Assembly (NCBI GenBank): GCA_963662275.1
Contig: OY759316.1
Location: 1,952,001-2,016,000, forward strand
Reading direction: 5' to 3'
DNA length: 64,000 nucleotides
DNA from: Candidatus Cloacimonadales bacterium
GTDB lineage: Bacteria; Cloacimonadota; Cloacimonadia; Cloacimonadales; DAONDQ01
Shown: positions 28,887 to 38,704 of the stretch, one piece after another
Layout: each line of letters begins with the position of its first letter
How positions within the stretch are numbered: the first letter of the stretch is position 1
The notes under the pieces: generated by a model
Seen by the model: only the letters and a program-made list of their open reading frames with translations
What the model was told of the DNA's origin: nothing
The model's database searches: none
Position numbers and translations under genes: made by a program

Positions 28887-29807
28887 GTTTTCATGAGTGT
28901 TATCTCCCATTGTGAGGAACACATCTTCCATGGAAGCAGCAATGGGTTCAAAACTTATTAAATTTGAATTGCTGCGTGTTTTGAAATCTTCCCACATCTC
29001 ATTAGTTGGATTGTTCTTGAACGCCAAATGCAGTGAATCACCGAATAATTGAATAGAAACAATATTCTTCTCTCCAAGAAAGAAATCACGCATGGTATGA
29101 ATATCCTTGGCGATCACAGAATAAAGCGAATAAGGGTATTGTTTGATGATTTCAGCAGGTTTTCCTTCCGAGATATTGATACCGCCCCTAATCAAGGTAA
29201 TCTTTCCGCACTGCTCCGCTTCTTCCATATAAGGGGTGGAAACCAGCATTGTGGTTCCCTGACGGTTGAGTTCATGCAGAATTTCCCAGAATTCATAACG
29301 GGACACCGGGTCGACACCAAAGGTCGGTTCATCCAATATCATGATGGCTGGCTCATGCATGAGATTACATGACAATGCCAGCTTTTGCTTCATACCACCG
29401 GATAATTGTCCCGCCTTTCTTTTTCTGAAAGGTCCTAGGCGAGAGAATTCATAGAGATTCTCCATTCTTTGCTTTTGAAGAGAACGATCCACTTGAAATA
29501 AATCCGCAAAGAAACGTAAGTTCTGTTCAACCGTTAAATCCTGGTAGAGAGAAAAACGCTGTGGCATATAACCTAAAATATTTCGAATGGAAGCTGAGTG
29601 TTTACAGACATCCATATCTCTGACAGTCATTGTGCCTTTATCAGGTTTGATCAATGAACATAACATGCGCATCAATGTGGTCTTACCTGAACCATCAGGA
29701 CCAATCAGTCCATACAGGCATCCTTTTTCCACTTGCAGGGAAAAGTCTTGCAAGGCTTGATTGGCTTCAAAGTTCTTCGAGATACTCTCAATCGAGATAT
29801 CAATCAT
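28884..29807 (-). CDS. ABC transporter ATP-binding protein
   Basis: GPDGSGKT, LSGGM, LDEPT. Confidence 0.92.
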   Translation of the reverse strand: MIDISIESISKNFEANQALQDFSLQVEKGCLYGLIGPDGSGKTTLMRMLCSLIKPDKGTMTVRDMDVCKHSASIRNILGYMPQRFSLYQDLTVEQNLRFFADLFQVDRSLQKQRMENLYEFSRLGPFRKRKAGQLSGGMKQKLALSCNLMHEPAIMILDEPTFGVDPVSRYEFWEILHELNRQGTTMLVSTPYMEEAEQCGKITLIRGGINISEGKPAEIIKQYPYSLYSVIAKDIHTMRDFFLGEKNIVSIQLFGDSLHLAFKNNPTNEMWEDFKTRSNSNLISFEPIAASMEDVFLTMGDNTHEN

Positions 29808-30706
29808 TTGGTTATTTCCGGGTTCGGTAGCTTCACTTCCACAGGCATACCCTGTTTCAGGATAACATTGGGATTCATGACTTTGACTTTCACGGCATAA
29901 ACAAGAGAGGAACGAGTCTCAGGAGTTAAGACGTTCTTTGGTGTGAATTCAGCGACAGTGCTTATCCATTGTATCTGTCCCTTATATTCTTTGTTGTCAC
30001 CTTCCGTAAGAATCGTGACTTCCTGTCCCATTTTCAGGGAATTCAGCAGTTTAACAGAAACATAAACCTTCACATTCAATTCTCTCGTATCGACGATCTG
30101 CACGATGTTCCCAAGGGGAGGAATTGCTTCCCCCGGCTGGTAGTAGAGGGTGGTTATTGTTCCTGTCGAAGGAGACTTGATAATTGAATCACGAAGCTTT
30201 TTCTGAATTGAAGCTATTTGCGCATCCAGTTGTTTTATGTTTCCTTGGATTTGCTTCAAGTTTTCGGTGCTGTTGTAATAAACCGAAGTGATCTTTTCCT
30301 TTTGATTGGTGATATCATCCACCGCTTGTTGGGAAACAGCTTGGGTTTGATATAGCTGCTGAGTTCGGGTGTATTTTTCATTCACATATTTTATGTCTTT
30401 ATCTGCTTGAATGACATTGGTTTTTGCGATCATCTCATTAGCAGCAAGTACAGACTGGTTGGCTTGAAGCTGCTGCAATTGGTAGTGAAGGTCTTCCGTG
30501 TCGATAATAGCAATTGTAGAATCTTTTTGAATGAATTGTCCTTCATCAACCAGTACCTGGTTAATTTTTCCTCCTGTAAGTGCTGGTACCTGTATTGTTA
30601 CACCATCGAGAGTACCGGAATAGACAAGTTCTTTCGTTTTGTGAGAACATGCAGAAAGAATCAAAATCAAGAGTACTGAGAAGAAGGGTATAAGAGGCTT
30701 TGTCAT
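29804..30706 (-). CDS. HlyD/YbhG-family membrane fusion lipoprotein
   Basis: Lipobox LSAC, coiled coil, AEFTPK and LKQGMP motifs. Confidence 0.9.
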   Translation of the reverse strand: MTKPLIPFFSVLLILILSACSHKTKELVYSGTLDGVTIQVPALTGGKINQVLVDEGQFIQKDSTIAIIDTEDLHYQLQQLQANQSVLAANEMIAKTNVIQADKDIKYVNEKYTRTQQLYQTQAVSQQAVDDITNQKEKITSVYYNSTENLKQIQGNIKQLDAQIASIQKKLRDSIIKSPSTGTITTLYYQPGEAIPPLGNIVQIVDTRELNVKVYVSVKLLNSLKMGQEVTILTEGDNKEYKGQIQWISTVAEFTPKNVLTPETRSSLVYAVKVKVMNPNVILKQGMPVEVKLPNPEITK

Positions 30707-32019
30707 TATTGTCCTCCAGTGCCGAATTTTCCAGTTAAAATATCCATCTGGAGCTGATATGTAATGAGATTGATGTATTGTTGCTGTAGGTTCAGTTGAG
30801 ACTCAGTGAGTATCTTTTCGCCAGTGCTCAGGTCGAGTGCGGTCACTTGGTTTTCCCTGAAACGGTCTTGAAGCATTTTGTATCTTTCTGCTTCCTGTTC
30901 TACAAGTCTATTCTGCAGGTTGATTTGATCAAAAGACAATTCCATATTCTTATAAGTTTCAGTAACCTGTTGCTCAAGATTCTGCAGAGCCTGCTTCTCT
31001 TGTAAATCCAATCTTGTTCTTTCAATGTGCTGTTGTTCGACTTTACGATAATTTGCTTTCCAGTTCCACACTTCCCATTGAAATCCCACACCAACGTTAT
31101 AGTAATTCATCCATTCCGTGCTAAATGAATTAGTCCCTGGTTTTGCTTCATGATATGTAAATGAGCCAACTAGTTGAGGATACAATGCTGCTTTTTGAAT
31201 TTTGATCAGGTTATCTTGCAGTTTTTTCTGAATTGAAATCTGCTTGATCTCAATATTCTTGTTTCTTGCTAATTCCATGAAGATTGACATTGAGCCCCAT
31301 GCCATTGGTCTCCTCGAGAGTTCAAGAGTTGTTGGGGCATAAGTATGGGTATCATCATTGATGAAATTATTGAATTTGAGAAGAAGAATGTCCTCTGATT
31401 GCTGGGAACGTCTTATCTGAGTATCAATGGAAAATATTCTGTTAGATACTTCCAAAGTATCGAAAGGAACTGCTTGTTTCGCAATAAGCAATTGCTTCTC
31501 AAACATAAGCTGGTTCAATGCCCTTTCACGGCTTTGCTGCAAAATGTCACGGGAGAGTCTTGTCGCCTGGATTTGTAGATAAAGAGACCCGACACCCAGA
31601 CGAAGCTGATTGCGTGTGCTTTCCATCTGGTTCTTCTGCGCTAAGTACTGGTTCTGGCTCATTTGGTAAGATTCTCTTACCCTGAAACCTGCAAACAGCA
31701 CTTGTTGAATACTGACATTCGCATCATAACGTTCCTTGGATTGCATCACTAATGCTGGTAAGGGAGTAAATTGAAGTCCGGCTTCCTTCGAATTATACGA
31801 ATAAGAACCATTTGCTAATATTGTTGGATAGTAAGAAGCATTCTTGATTTCTTTTTCTAGTTCCATGCTTTCAAGTTTCTGGTTCATTTGCTGGATGGTC
31901 AGGTTTTGCGTTGCTGCTTTATACATCGCTTCTTCCATCGAGATGGCAATGGCTTCAGCAGCGAACAAGCCGGGTAAAACCAATAACATCATCAGAGAAA
32001 TGGTAATGGATTTTATCAT
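30706..32019 (-). CDS. TolC-family outer membrane efflux protein
   Basis: Signal peptide, two OEP-like repeats (YYPT, LYPQ), and operon context. Confidence 0.88.
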   Translation of the reverse strand: MIKSITISLMMLLVLPGLFAAEAIAISMEEAMYKAATQNLTIQQMNQKLESMELEKEIKNASYYPTILANGSYSYNSKEAGLQFTPLPALVMQSKERYDANVSIQQVLFAGFRVRESYQMSQNQYLAQKNQMESTRNQLRLGVGSLYLQIQATRLSRDILQQSRERALNQLMFEKQLLIAKQAVPFDTLEVSNRIFSIDTQIRRSQQSEDILLLKFNNFINDDTHTYAPTTLELSRRPMAWGSMSIFMELARNKNIEIKQISIQKKLQDNLIKIQKAALYPQLVGSFTYHEAKPGTNSFSTEWMNYYNVGVGFQWEVWNWKANYRKVEQQHIERTRLDLQEKQALQNLEQQVTETYKNMELSFDQINLQNRLVEQEAERYKMLQDRFRENQVTALDLSTGEKILTESQLNLQQQYINLITYQLQMDILTGKFGTGGQ

Positions 32020-32034
32020 GTATTGCTCCTTAAA

Positions 32035-32658
32035 TCATTCATTCTCAAGATTGATTCCGTTCCAAATCAGATCGAATACTGCCTTTTTTCTTTGCTCGGC
32101 ATACTCTTCCATAAGTATCTGCAATTCAGGAATGATCTTTTCAATAATTGGTTTTGCAACAAAAGGGAAGGCACTCATCGCAACGATACTTACGAAAAGA
32201 TGATACGGATCGATCTTCCTGATTTGTTTTGTATCAATGGCATTTTGTATGGCTGCTATGAAAGGGTTTTCCCCGAAGCCAAGATTGGCAAATACCCTTG
32301 GAATGATCTCACCAATCCTTTCTCCACCCTCTTGTATCTCCCAAAGGAAGAAACGAAAGATGAACCTGTGTTTCGATATGGCTTCAATATACATATCCAT
32401 AAATGTCTTTAAGGCCAATTTGAAATCCTTGTCCAAAGGCACAGAAGAACTAAACGAGCGTAGTATTCCAGTAAATATCTTTTCAAAGACGATGTAGTAG
32501 AGTTGATCCTTTGAACGAAAATAGTAATGTAACAGTGCCTTATTGATTTTCGCCTGGTCAGCAATGTCCTGCATCCTGGCACCATCTTTTCCTTTCTGGA
32601 TAAAGACTTCTGTTGCTGCAATCAGGATACGTTCTTCAGTATCAGTAGTATTTGCCAT
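32035..32658 (-). CDS. TetR/AcrR family regulator
   Basis: N-terminal HTH ERILIAA..F..KG..GARMQDIA..A.INKALLHYYFRSKD. Confidence 0.92.
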   Translation of the reverse strand: MANTTDTEERILIAATEVFIQKGKDGARMQDIADQAKINKALLHYYFRSKDQLYYIVFEKIFTGILRSFSSSVPLDKDFKLALKTFMDMYIEAISKHRFIFRFFLWEIQEGGERIGEIIPRVFANLGFGENPFIAAIQNAIDTKQIRKIDPYHLFVSIVAMSAFPFVAKPIIEKIIPELQILMEEYAEQRKKAVFDLIWNGINLENE

Positions 32659-32685
32659 ATTTACCTCTCAGTTTAACTAAATGTA

Positions 32686-32701
32686 TTAACCATATGGTTA
32701 A
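32686..32701. promoter_or_regulatory. Putative TetR operator
   Basis: Perfect palindrome TTAACCATATGGTTAA, 28 bp upstream of the TetR start, with an adjacent TTAACTAAATG half-site. Confidence 0.7.
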
Positions 32702-32748
32702 AGAAATGAAGTGAAATAAAACTGTCAATAAGATTTTTCATTATGGAA

Positions 32749-32777
32749 GTAGAGACGCCCAACTTGGGCGTCTCTAC
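32749..32777. repeat. GTAG-type REP palindrome
   Basis: GTAGAGACGCCCAACTTGGGCGTCTCTAC. Confidence 0.75.
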
Positions 32778-32986
32778 CGTTTAAGATTATGTTATACCAC
32801 CATGTAAATTTGAATGATTTATAATTGCAGTTGTTTTTTCATTACTAAACGCTATCATTTTCAATATCAGTATCAATGCAGAAAATGAAGTTTAGAGTAA
32901 ATCGTATTGACATGATTGCCTATTACAACACATTTGAAAATAAATAGTTTAGCAGGCTCTGTTTCCTGCTTGACGAGGGAGAACTT

Positions 32987-33163
32987 TTGCATCAGTATTT
33001 ATTAGCTGCCATTGAATGGGTTTGCTTCATTATAGCACTCATACTCTTGTATCCAAAGATAGGATACTTGGGAATTCTAGGACTTTTTTTTGCATACGTT
33101 GGCTTTGAACTTCATCTCATATATCACCGTCGTGATCGTGAAAGGAAAGCAAAACTGAATTAA
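32987..33163 (+). CDS. Small 58 aa membrane protein, below the ORF-track cutoff
   Basis: RBS GAGGGAG, TTG start: MHQYLLAAIEWVCFIIALILLYPKIGYLGILGLFFAYVGFELHLIYHRRDRERKAKLN*. Confidence 0.55.
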   Translation: MHQYLLAAIEWVCFIIALILLYPKIGYLGILGLFFAYVGFELHLIYHRRDRERKAKLN

Positions 33164-33264
33164 ACCTGTACGTTTTTTGTTTTATTATCAAGTCAGTAAT
33201 TTTATTTATTGCCAACTTATAATATCTAATACCTGCTGTGATTGCTACATTCTTAGGAGGTATA

Positions 33265-33843
33265 ATGGAAGACTACACAGAATTTGCACAGAATGCGTAT
33301 CGACTGATTCAAAAAAAAGCAGAAGACAACACCGTTGCGCAATCATTGAGTGGTATCTTTGGATGGCCTTGGACCATAGGGACTGATATCGCGGTTATAC
33401 CAATTATCTATGTCCCTCTCTGGGAAAGAATACGTGAGCTATATGCACGCAACGAGGTTGATTCAGAAGTTGCCGGTTCAATCATTAGAGGAACACTATC
33501 TGAGATTTTTGTCGATATTGCCCTGGATAAATTCTTAGGGAATATTCCTCTCATTGGTATTTACTTCAATGCGATTTGTGCTAAGATGATGACATGGCGT
33601 TTGGGTATACTGTTTACAATGTTATCTGCACGTGGGGAAGAGGTTGATGTTTCTCAAGTTCGTGATTGTATGATGCTGATTCGATTAGTATTTCCACAGC
33701 ATGACATGTTCAAATTTATTACTCCAAATAAAGCGCATTTTATTAAACTGATTAACGGCATGACAGACATACCACAAGAGGATTTCAATCAGAAAGTTGA
33801 CCAGATGCTTGATATGATGAATAATAATCATAATAATGATTGA
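33265..33843 (+). CDS. Hypothetical protein, DUF697/YcjF-like helical domain
   Basis: ATG at 33265 with RBS AGGAGG; PW..GTDIAVI and NIPLIG..N..A...TW.LG pattern. Confidence 0.5.
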   Translation: MEDYTEFAQNAYRLIQKKAEDNTVAQSLSGIFGWPWTIGTDIAVIPIIYVPLWERIRELYARNEVDSEVAGSIIRGTLSEIFVDIALDKFLGNIPLIGIYFNAICAKMMTWRLGILFTMLSARGEEVDVSQVRDCMMLIRLVFPQHDMFKFITPNKAHFIKLINGMTDIPQEDFNQKVDQMLDMMNNNHNND

Positions 33844-33959
33844 TATCCATCAGCTTGGAAGGATATGCGCTAACGAAATAAAACAAATATTTGGAATGAA
33901 ATATGTAATATTTGATTTCGATTTTCAATAATTCATGCAGTTCAATGAGGAGTTATAAT

Positions 33960-36900
33960 ATGATAAAAAATTCCAGATTGTTTTTTATGTGTTTGTGTTT
34001 CCTCTTCAATCTATCGATTTCATTACTCTCTGCTCAACCATATGTTGAATTACCACAGTATTTTCCATCCCGAGAGGCAGTGATTGAAGATTTCGATTCT
34101 CTGAATATAGATCTCACATCATGGTCTACATTTGACACTGAACCCGAAAATTGGAGTATCGATAGTTCGAACACATATCCAGGTTCTGCTCATTCGCTTA
34201 AGTTATTTGGCAATACCTGTAAGCAGAAGATAATTCTTCCAGTCATTGTCGATACAAGTACTGTGTTCCAGGTTTCTGCTTATTCAACCGGAAATGCTTT
34301 GGTACAAGGATTTGGTATAGCAGATTCAATACATGTCTTATACTACTCTTTTAGGGGTAGTGCAGTACAGGATCCGGCAATATGGGCAGCAACCTACCAG
34401 GGGGCTTTCGCATCTGACCAATGGCAAATCTATCAGCTTCCCATTGGAGATGATTGGTTAGCACGTTTTGATTATTTACCGCAGATTACTTCCCTAATCT
34501 TCATGAACCAGGAAAGTGGCTCATCAACTTCAACTATATTTTTTGACCATATCGTGGATATCACTTCTGACTTACCAAAACCACCGCTAGTTCAGATCAG
34601 TTATTCCATAGGTGCTTTTATGAAGAATACTGTAAACGAGAGAACTATTGGAGTGGAATTCTTTAGCCAAATCATCGATACAGATAGTAGTATTTTTTCA
34701 TATTATTGGGATTTTGGTGATGATTCAACCAGTACAGAACCAAATCCTTATCATTCTTATGAAGTAATGGATAATCACCCTTATACGGTTCGTCTCGCAG
34801 TTCGGGATTCAACCAATAAATGGGGGTATGCAACCTGCCAGATAAATGTTGATAATGGAAGTTCATCCTATCCGCTTACAATCAATTTTGTGGGTGATAT
34901 CATGCTAGCAGATGCCTTGGAAACACAGATTATCCCCAATGTAGGTTTTCCTGGAATTTTCGATTCAACATTACCGGTTTTTGGAAATGCAGCAGATATT
35001 TCGGTAGCAAACCTGGAATGTCTTTACAGCAACACAGGAACACCTCATCCGAAACCAACGAATCTACATAGTGCACCTGCAAATGCTGCCGGTTTGGTAT
35101 ATGCCGGAATCGATGTCGGTACCTTGGCGAATAACCATGTTATGGATTATGGTCTGACAGCCTTGAATCAGGATATGTCAGTTTTAGATGATTTAGGCAT
35201 TACTTATTCTGGAGCCGGAGCAAATTCATATGATGCCTATAGACCTGCATTTATTTCCAAAAAAGGAATTAATGTAGCTTTCCTGGCTTGCACAGATCGT
35301 ACAGGACAGTATAATGGCTATCAGCCAAGTTTGGAAGCTGGATATAACAAACCCGGGTTCGCCATGATGACACCTTATTATCTGATGAAACAGATTCAGG
35401 CTGTAGAAGGAATCTCTGATTTAAATGTAGTTGAAATGCATTCCGGTAGTGAATACTCACTTGTGCCTACAGCAGATTATGATAAATTTGTAAACCCCTT
35501 TGCATTGACAACTGAATATACTGATGATGAAGATGAGGATGCTGCTCCCAGGATTGATCTTCCACATATGTGGGATGTTGAGATGAGGCACTTCGCCATT
35601 GATCACGGAGCTGATATTGTGATCAATCATCATCCTCATATCATTCAAGGCTTTGAAATGTACCATGGAAAGCTGATAGCTCATTCTTTAGGGAATTTCG
35701 TTTTTGATCTTACATATCCTGAAACCTTCCCCTCGGTTGTTCTGAATACAAAAGTTAATCAAAACGGCTTTTATGAATATAACATCGTACCGATTTATCT
35801 GGATAACATGATCCCAAAACGAGCAACCGGACTTTTAGGAACACATATCCTTGACTATTTAGCTTTCCGATCAAGAGAGATGAATACTTACCTGGAAATA
35901 GATCGACAAAACATAAATGCAGTTGTTCATACAGACAGTCTCCAATTTTTTACTCACGAAGTTGACCAGACTCTGAATGTAGCATTGACGCAAGAGAATG
36001 CTTACTATGCATCAAAGCCAATAGATTTGGTCAGACAAGGTTCTATTGCCGGAATTCAGAATATACAACCTCCATCAGATTGGAGTTACAGGCTAGGGAA
36101 AGAACAATTGTGGAGTCTCAATTGTGAGGATGAGGGTGGAAATTTATGGGAGTTAAATACAACCAGTGAGACATTCAATACCGAATTTTATGTGTCGGGT
36201 GCAAGATCAATATGTCAATCACGAAGCCAGGGAGCTGTTCAAATACCAACAGATCTTCTACATCGTATGAAAATCTATAACAGGACTAGTATCTATACGA
36301 TGCATGGATGGGTTAAATCTGATAATTCAAATAATGCCGGTTTTGAAATGCGTTTCTATACAAATCGTAATGATGGCTCACCTTTATCTACCGTATCTAT
36401 GGCATCAAGTATTAATGGCACTACTGACTGGACTTATTATTCATTCGATTTCACAATTCCTGATGGAGCAAACTTCTATTCTCTCAGGTTGAAAAGTACG
36501 GGTCCCAGCAATGGTAATTCAAATACTTACTTTGATGATGTTGGGCTTATCATTTGGGATGATTGGGCACAAGTGCAATTGCCGGTTGAGATTACAAATC
36601 CGAATGATTATTATTATGCTCAGATTCGCTGTAGTGACAATATATCCAATATTCAGTTCACTTATCTTGAAAAGGAGTACATTCCTGCACCTGTCTCAAA
36701 CGACGATTCATCGATTTCTGAAGCATCACCTGCTGTTTTATATAAGAACTACCCGAATCCCTTCAATCCTTCAACAACGATACGTTTTCAGCTCTATATT
36801 CCATATCAGGTGAAGATTTCGATCTACAATATCAGAGGTCAATTAGTAAAAACTCTGGTCGATGGACAATTTGAACGTGGAGTGCATGAAATTGTATGGA

Positions 36901-37004
36901 ATGGGAAAGATAATTTTAATAGACAGACAGCTTCAGGAGTATATTTTATGCGTATGGATTCAGGCTCGCATAAATTCACAAGAAAAATTGTGCAGCTTAA
37001 ATAA
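33960..37004 (+). CDS. Secreted CapA/PGA_cap-family metallophosphoesterase with PKD domain and FlgD-like C-terminus
   Basis: VGDIM, ANLE, LANNH..DYG, H.GSEY, HHPH, SLGNFVFD; WDFGD PKD motif; YPNPFNP terminus. Confidence 0.85.
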   Translation: MIKNSRLFFMCLCFLFNLSISLLSAQPYVELPQYFPSREAVIEDFDSLNIDLTSWSTFDTEPENWSIDSSNTYPGSAHSLKLFGNTCKQKIILPVIVDTSTVFQVSAYSTGNALVQGFGIADSIHVLYYSFRGSAVQDPAIWAATYQGAFASDQWQIYQLPIGDDWLARFDYLPQITSLIFMNQESGSSTSTIFFDHIVDITSDLPKPPLVQISYSIGAFMKNTVNERTIGVEFFSQIIDTDSSIFSYYWDFGDDSTSTEPNPYHSYEVMDNHPYTVRLAVRDSTNKWGYATCQINVDNGSSSYPLTINFVGDIMLADALETQIIPNVGFPGIFDSTLPVFGNAADISVANLECLYSNTGTPHPKPTNLHSAPANAAGLVYAGIDVGTLANNHVMDYGLTALNQDMSVLDDLGITYSGAGANSYDAYRPAFISKKGINVAFLACTDRTGQYNGYQPSLEAGYNKPGFAMMTPYYLMKQIQAVEGISDLNVVEMHSGSEYSLVPTADYDKFVNPFALTTEYTDDEDEDAAPRIDLPHMWDVEMRHFAIDHGADIVINHHPHIIQGFEMYHGKLIAHSLGNFVFDLTYPETFPSVVLNTKVNQNGFYEYNIVPIYLDNMIPKRATGLLGTHILDYLAFRSREMNTYLEIDRQNINAVVHTDSLQFFTHEVDQTLNVALTQENAYYASKPIDLVRQGSIAGIQNIQPPSDWSYRLGKEQLWSLNCEDEGGNLWELNTTSETFNTEFYVSGARSICQSRSQGAVQIPTDLLHRMKIYNRTSIYTMHGWVKSDNSNNAGFEMRFYTNRNDGSPLSTVSMASSINGTTDWTYYSFDFTIPDGANFYSLRLKSTGPSNGNSNTYFDDVGLIIWDDWAQVQLPVEITNPNDYYYAQIRCSDNISNIQFTYLEKEYIPAPVSNDDSSISEASPAVLYKNYPNPFNPSTTIRFQLYIPYQVKISIYNIRGQLVKTLVDGQFERGVHEIVWNGKDNFNRQTASGVYFMRMDSGSHKFTRKIVQLK

Positions 37005-37015
37005 GGGAGAAATTT

Positions 37016-38704
37016 ATGAAAAAGCTTCTTATTATCTTTATGTTTATAGTGTTATTTCAATTATTAAACGCCTTACCACCTGAGTTGGCAGATATTCAGA
37101 AACAGGTAGCCCGACAAGCAGGCGCTTTCCATAACTCCCCATCGCACCAAAAGATCAGAATGGAGCAACCAAATCGTTCATATGTTGTGGGGGATACTCG
37201 CAACTTTTGGCGGTGGAATCTGGCTGTTATGCCTCCACCCTGGATACAAGTCCCTGCAACATGCCGTGCAGTAGGAGCTCATTCCTATTTATTTGTCGCT
37301 AATAGTGAGTGGAATGTTCATATGACCCAGGCGAATGTCGATTCGATTATGGTACGTCTGGAAGAAAGAACTGTCAACGATCCGAATATGGGTGCTATTG
37401 AGATGGATGTTAATGAATTCGGTCCCATACCCGATGAATTGGATAATGACCCGAAAATAATTGTTTTTTATTCTGCTTTGGGTTCCTTCCAAGGTTCTCA
37501 ATTCGATGGATATTTCAGTGCGTATAATCAAGTTACAGAAGCGGAAGCCCAATTGATGGAACAATCAGGGCATAGCAATGAATGTGAGATGATCTATATG
37601 ACCTGTTCACCATTAAATCCAGTAGCTCCGGTTCGATTATCCGTGCTGGCACATGAATTGACCCATATGATTGAGTGGGGACTTGATCCAAATGAAGAGA
37701 CATGGATTGATGAAGGTTTAGCGGAACTTGCTATGGTTAAGTACGGAATTCCAGATCCAATCACAGATTTCAACGGAAATCCTGATAATTCCCTTACTTT
37801 ATGGGATAGAGAATATGCTGATTATGTAAAAGTAATGCTATTTTTCACATATCTTTCCGAACACTATGATACAAACGGCTTAATTAGGGATATTATCTCA
37901 GACCCAACTCACGGTCGGGAAAGCATAAATAACCAAATTGCATCTCATTTCCCAGGAGTTACATTTCAGGATATCTTCAGAGATTGGACTATTGCCAATT
38001 ACATAGACCATCAAACAAATGATTCAGATTTATTCACATATTTTCAATTGGATATTCCACAATTTACAACCACATATCACTTTACGGATGAATTCGTTAA
38101 TGTGGTAGATCAAACTGGTACCGTACAACCCTGGGCAGCAGACTATATCAAAAATGATGAGAATGGCTGGTATCACATTGGTGACTTTGGAGGTAATCAC
38201 CCCTTCCAATTTAGCTATGTTCCCATTACAAACGGTGATAATCTCCCATATTTAGTGTTCTCAAGTTCTGTAGGTAACAATTTTGAGTGGGTTAATACCT
38301 TCTGGTTAGGTTATTATATTCTTGTGATTTCGAATCCCTCTGATTCTGTATTAAGTTACCATTTTTCAATTCTTTCAGGAGATGGAGTTGAAGAGCACAT
38401 TATGCCACCTGCGACTTCTTCAATTGCATGTTATCCAAACCCATATGTAGCTAAAACCGGAAGTATGAATATTCAAGTAAAGAACATTAATAATATTCAG
38501 GTTAACTCCCAGGCTCTCATATATAACATCAAAGGTCAGTTGATTTCTAAGATTACCCTTCAGAAATCTAGCAATCAAAACAGCCTTTCAACTGAATGGA
38601 ATGGGAGAGATCGAGAAGGAAAAATTGCAGCCAGCGGTATGTATATGATTCGTTATCAAAATGGAGATAAAACGCTGAATAAGAAATTCATTATACTTCA
38701 ATAA
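37016..38704 (+). CDS. Secreted zinc metallopeptidase (M30-like) with FlgD-like C-terminus
   Basis: Signal peptide, DGYF, AHELTHMI...WIDEGLAE, YPNP terminus. Confidence 0.75.
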   Translation: MKKLLIIFMFIVLFQLLNALPPELADIQKQVARQAGAFHNSPSHQKIRMEQPNRSYVVGDTRNFWRWNLAVMPPPWIQVPATCRAVGAHSYLFVANSEWNVHMTQANVDSIMVRLEERTVNDPNMGAIEMDVNEFGPIPDELDNDPKIIVFYSALGSFQGSQFDGYFSAYNQVTEAEAQLMEQSGHSNECEMIYMTCSPLNPVAPVRLSVLAHELTHMIEWGLDPNEETWIDEGLAELAMVKYGIPDPITDFNGNPDNSLTLWDREYADYVKVMLFFTYLSEHYDTNGLIRDIISDPTHGRESINNQIASHFPGVTFQDIFRDWTIANYIDHQTNDSDLFTYFQLDIPQFTTTYHFTDEFVNVVDQTGTVQPWAADYIKNDENGWYHIGDFGGNHPFQFSYVPITNGDNLPYLVFSSSVGNNFEWVNTFWLGYYILVISNPSDSVLSYHFSILSGDGVEEHIMPPATSSIACYPNPYVAKTGSMNIQVKNINNIQVNSQALIYNIKGQLISKITLQKSSNQNSLSTEWNGRDREGKIAASGMYMIRYQNGDKTLNKKFIILQ

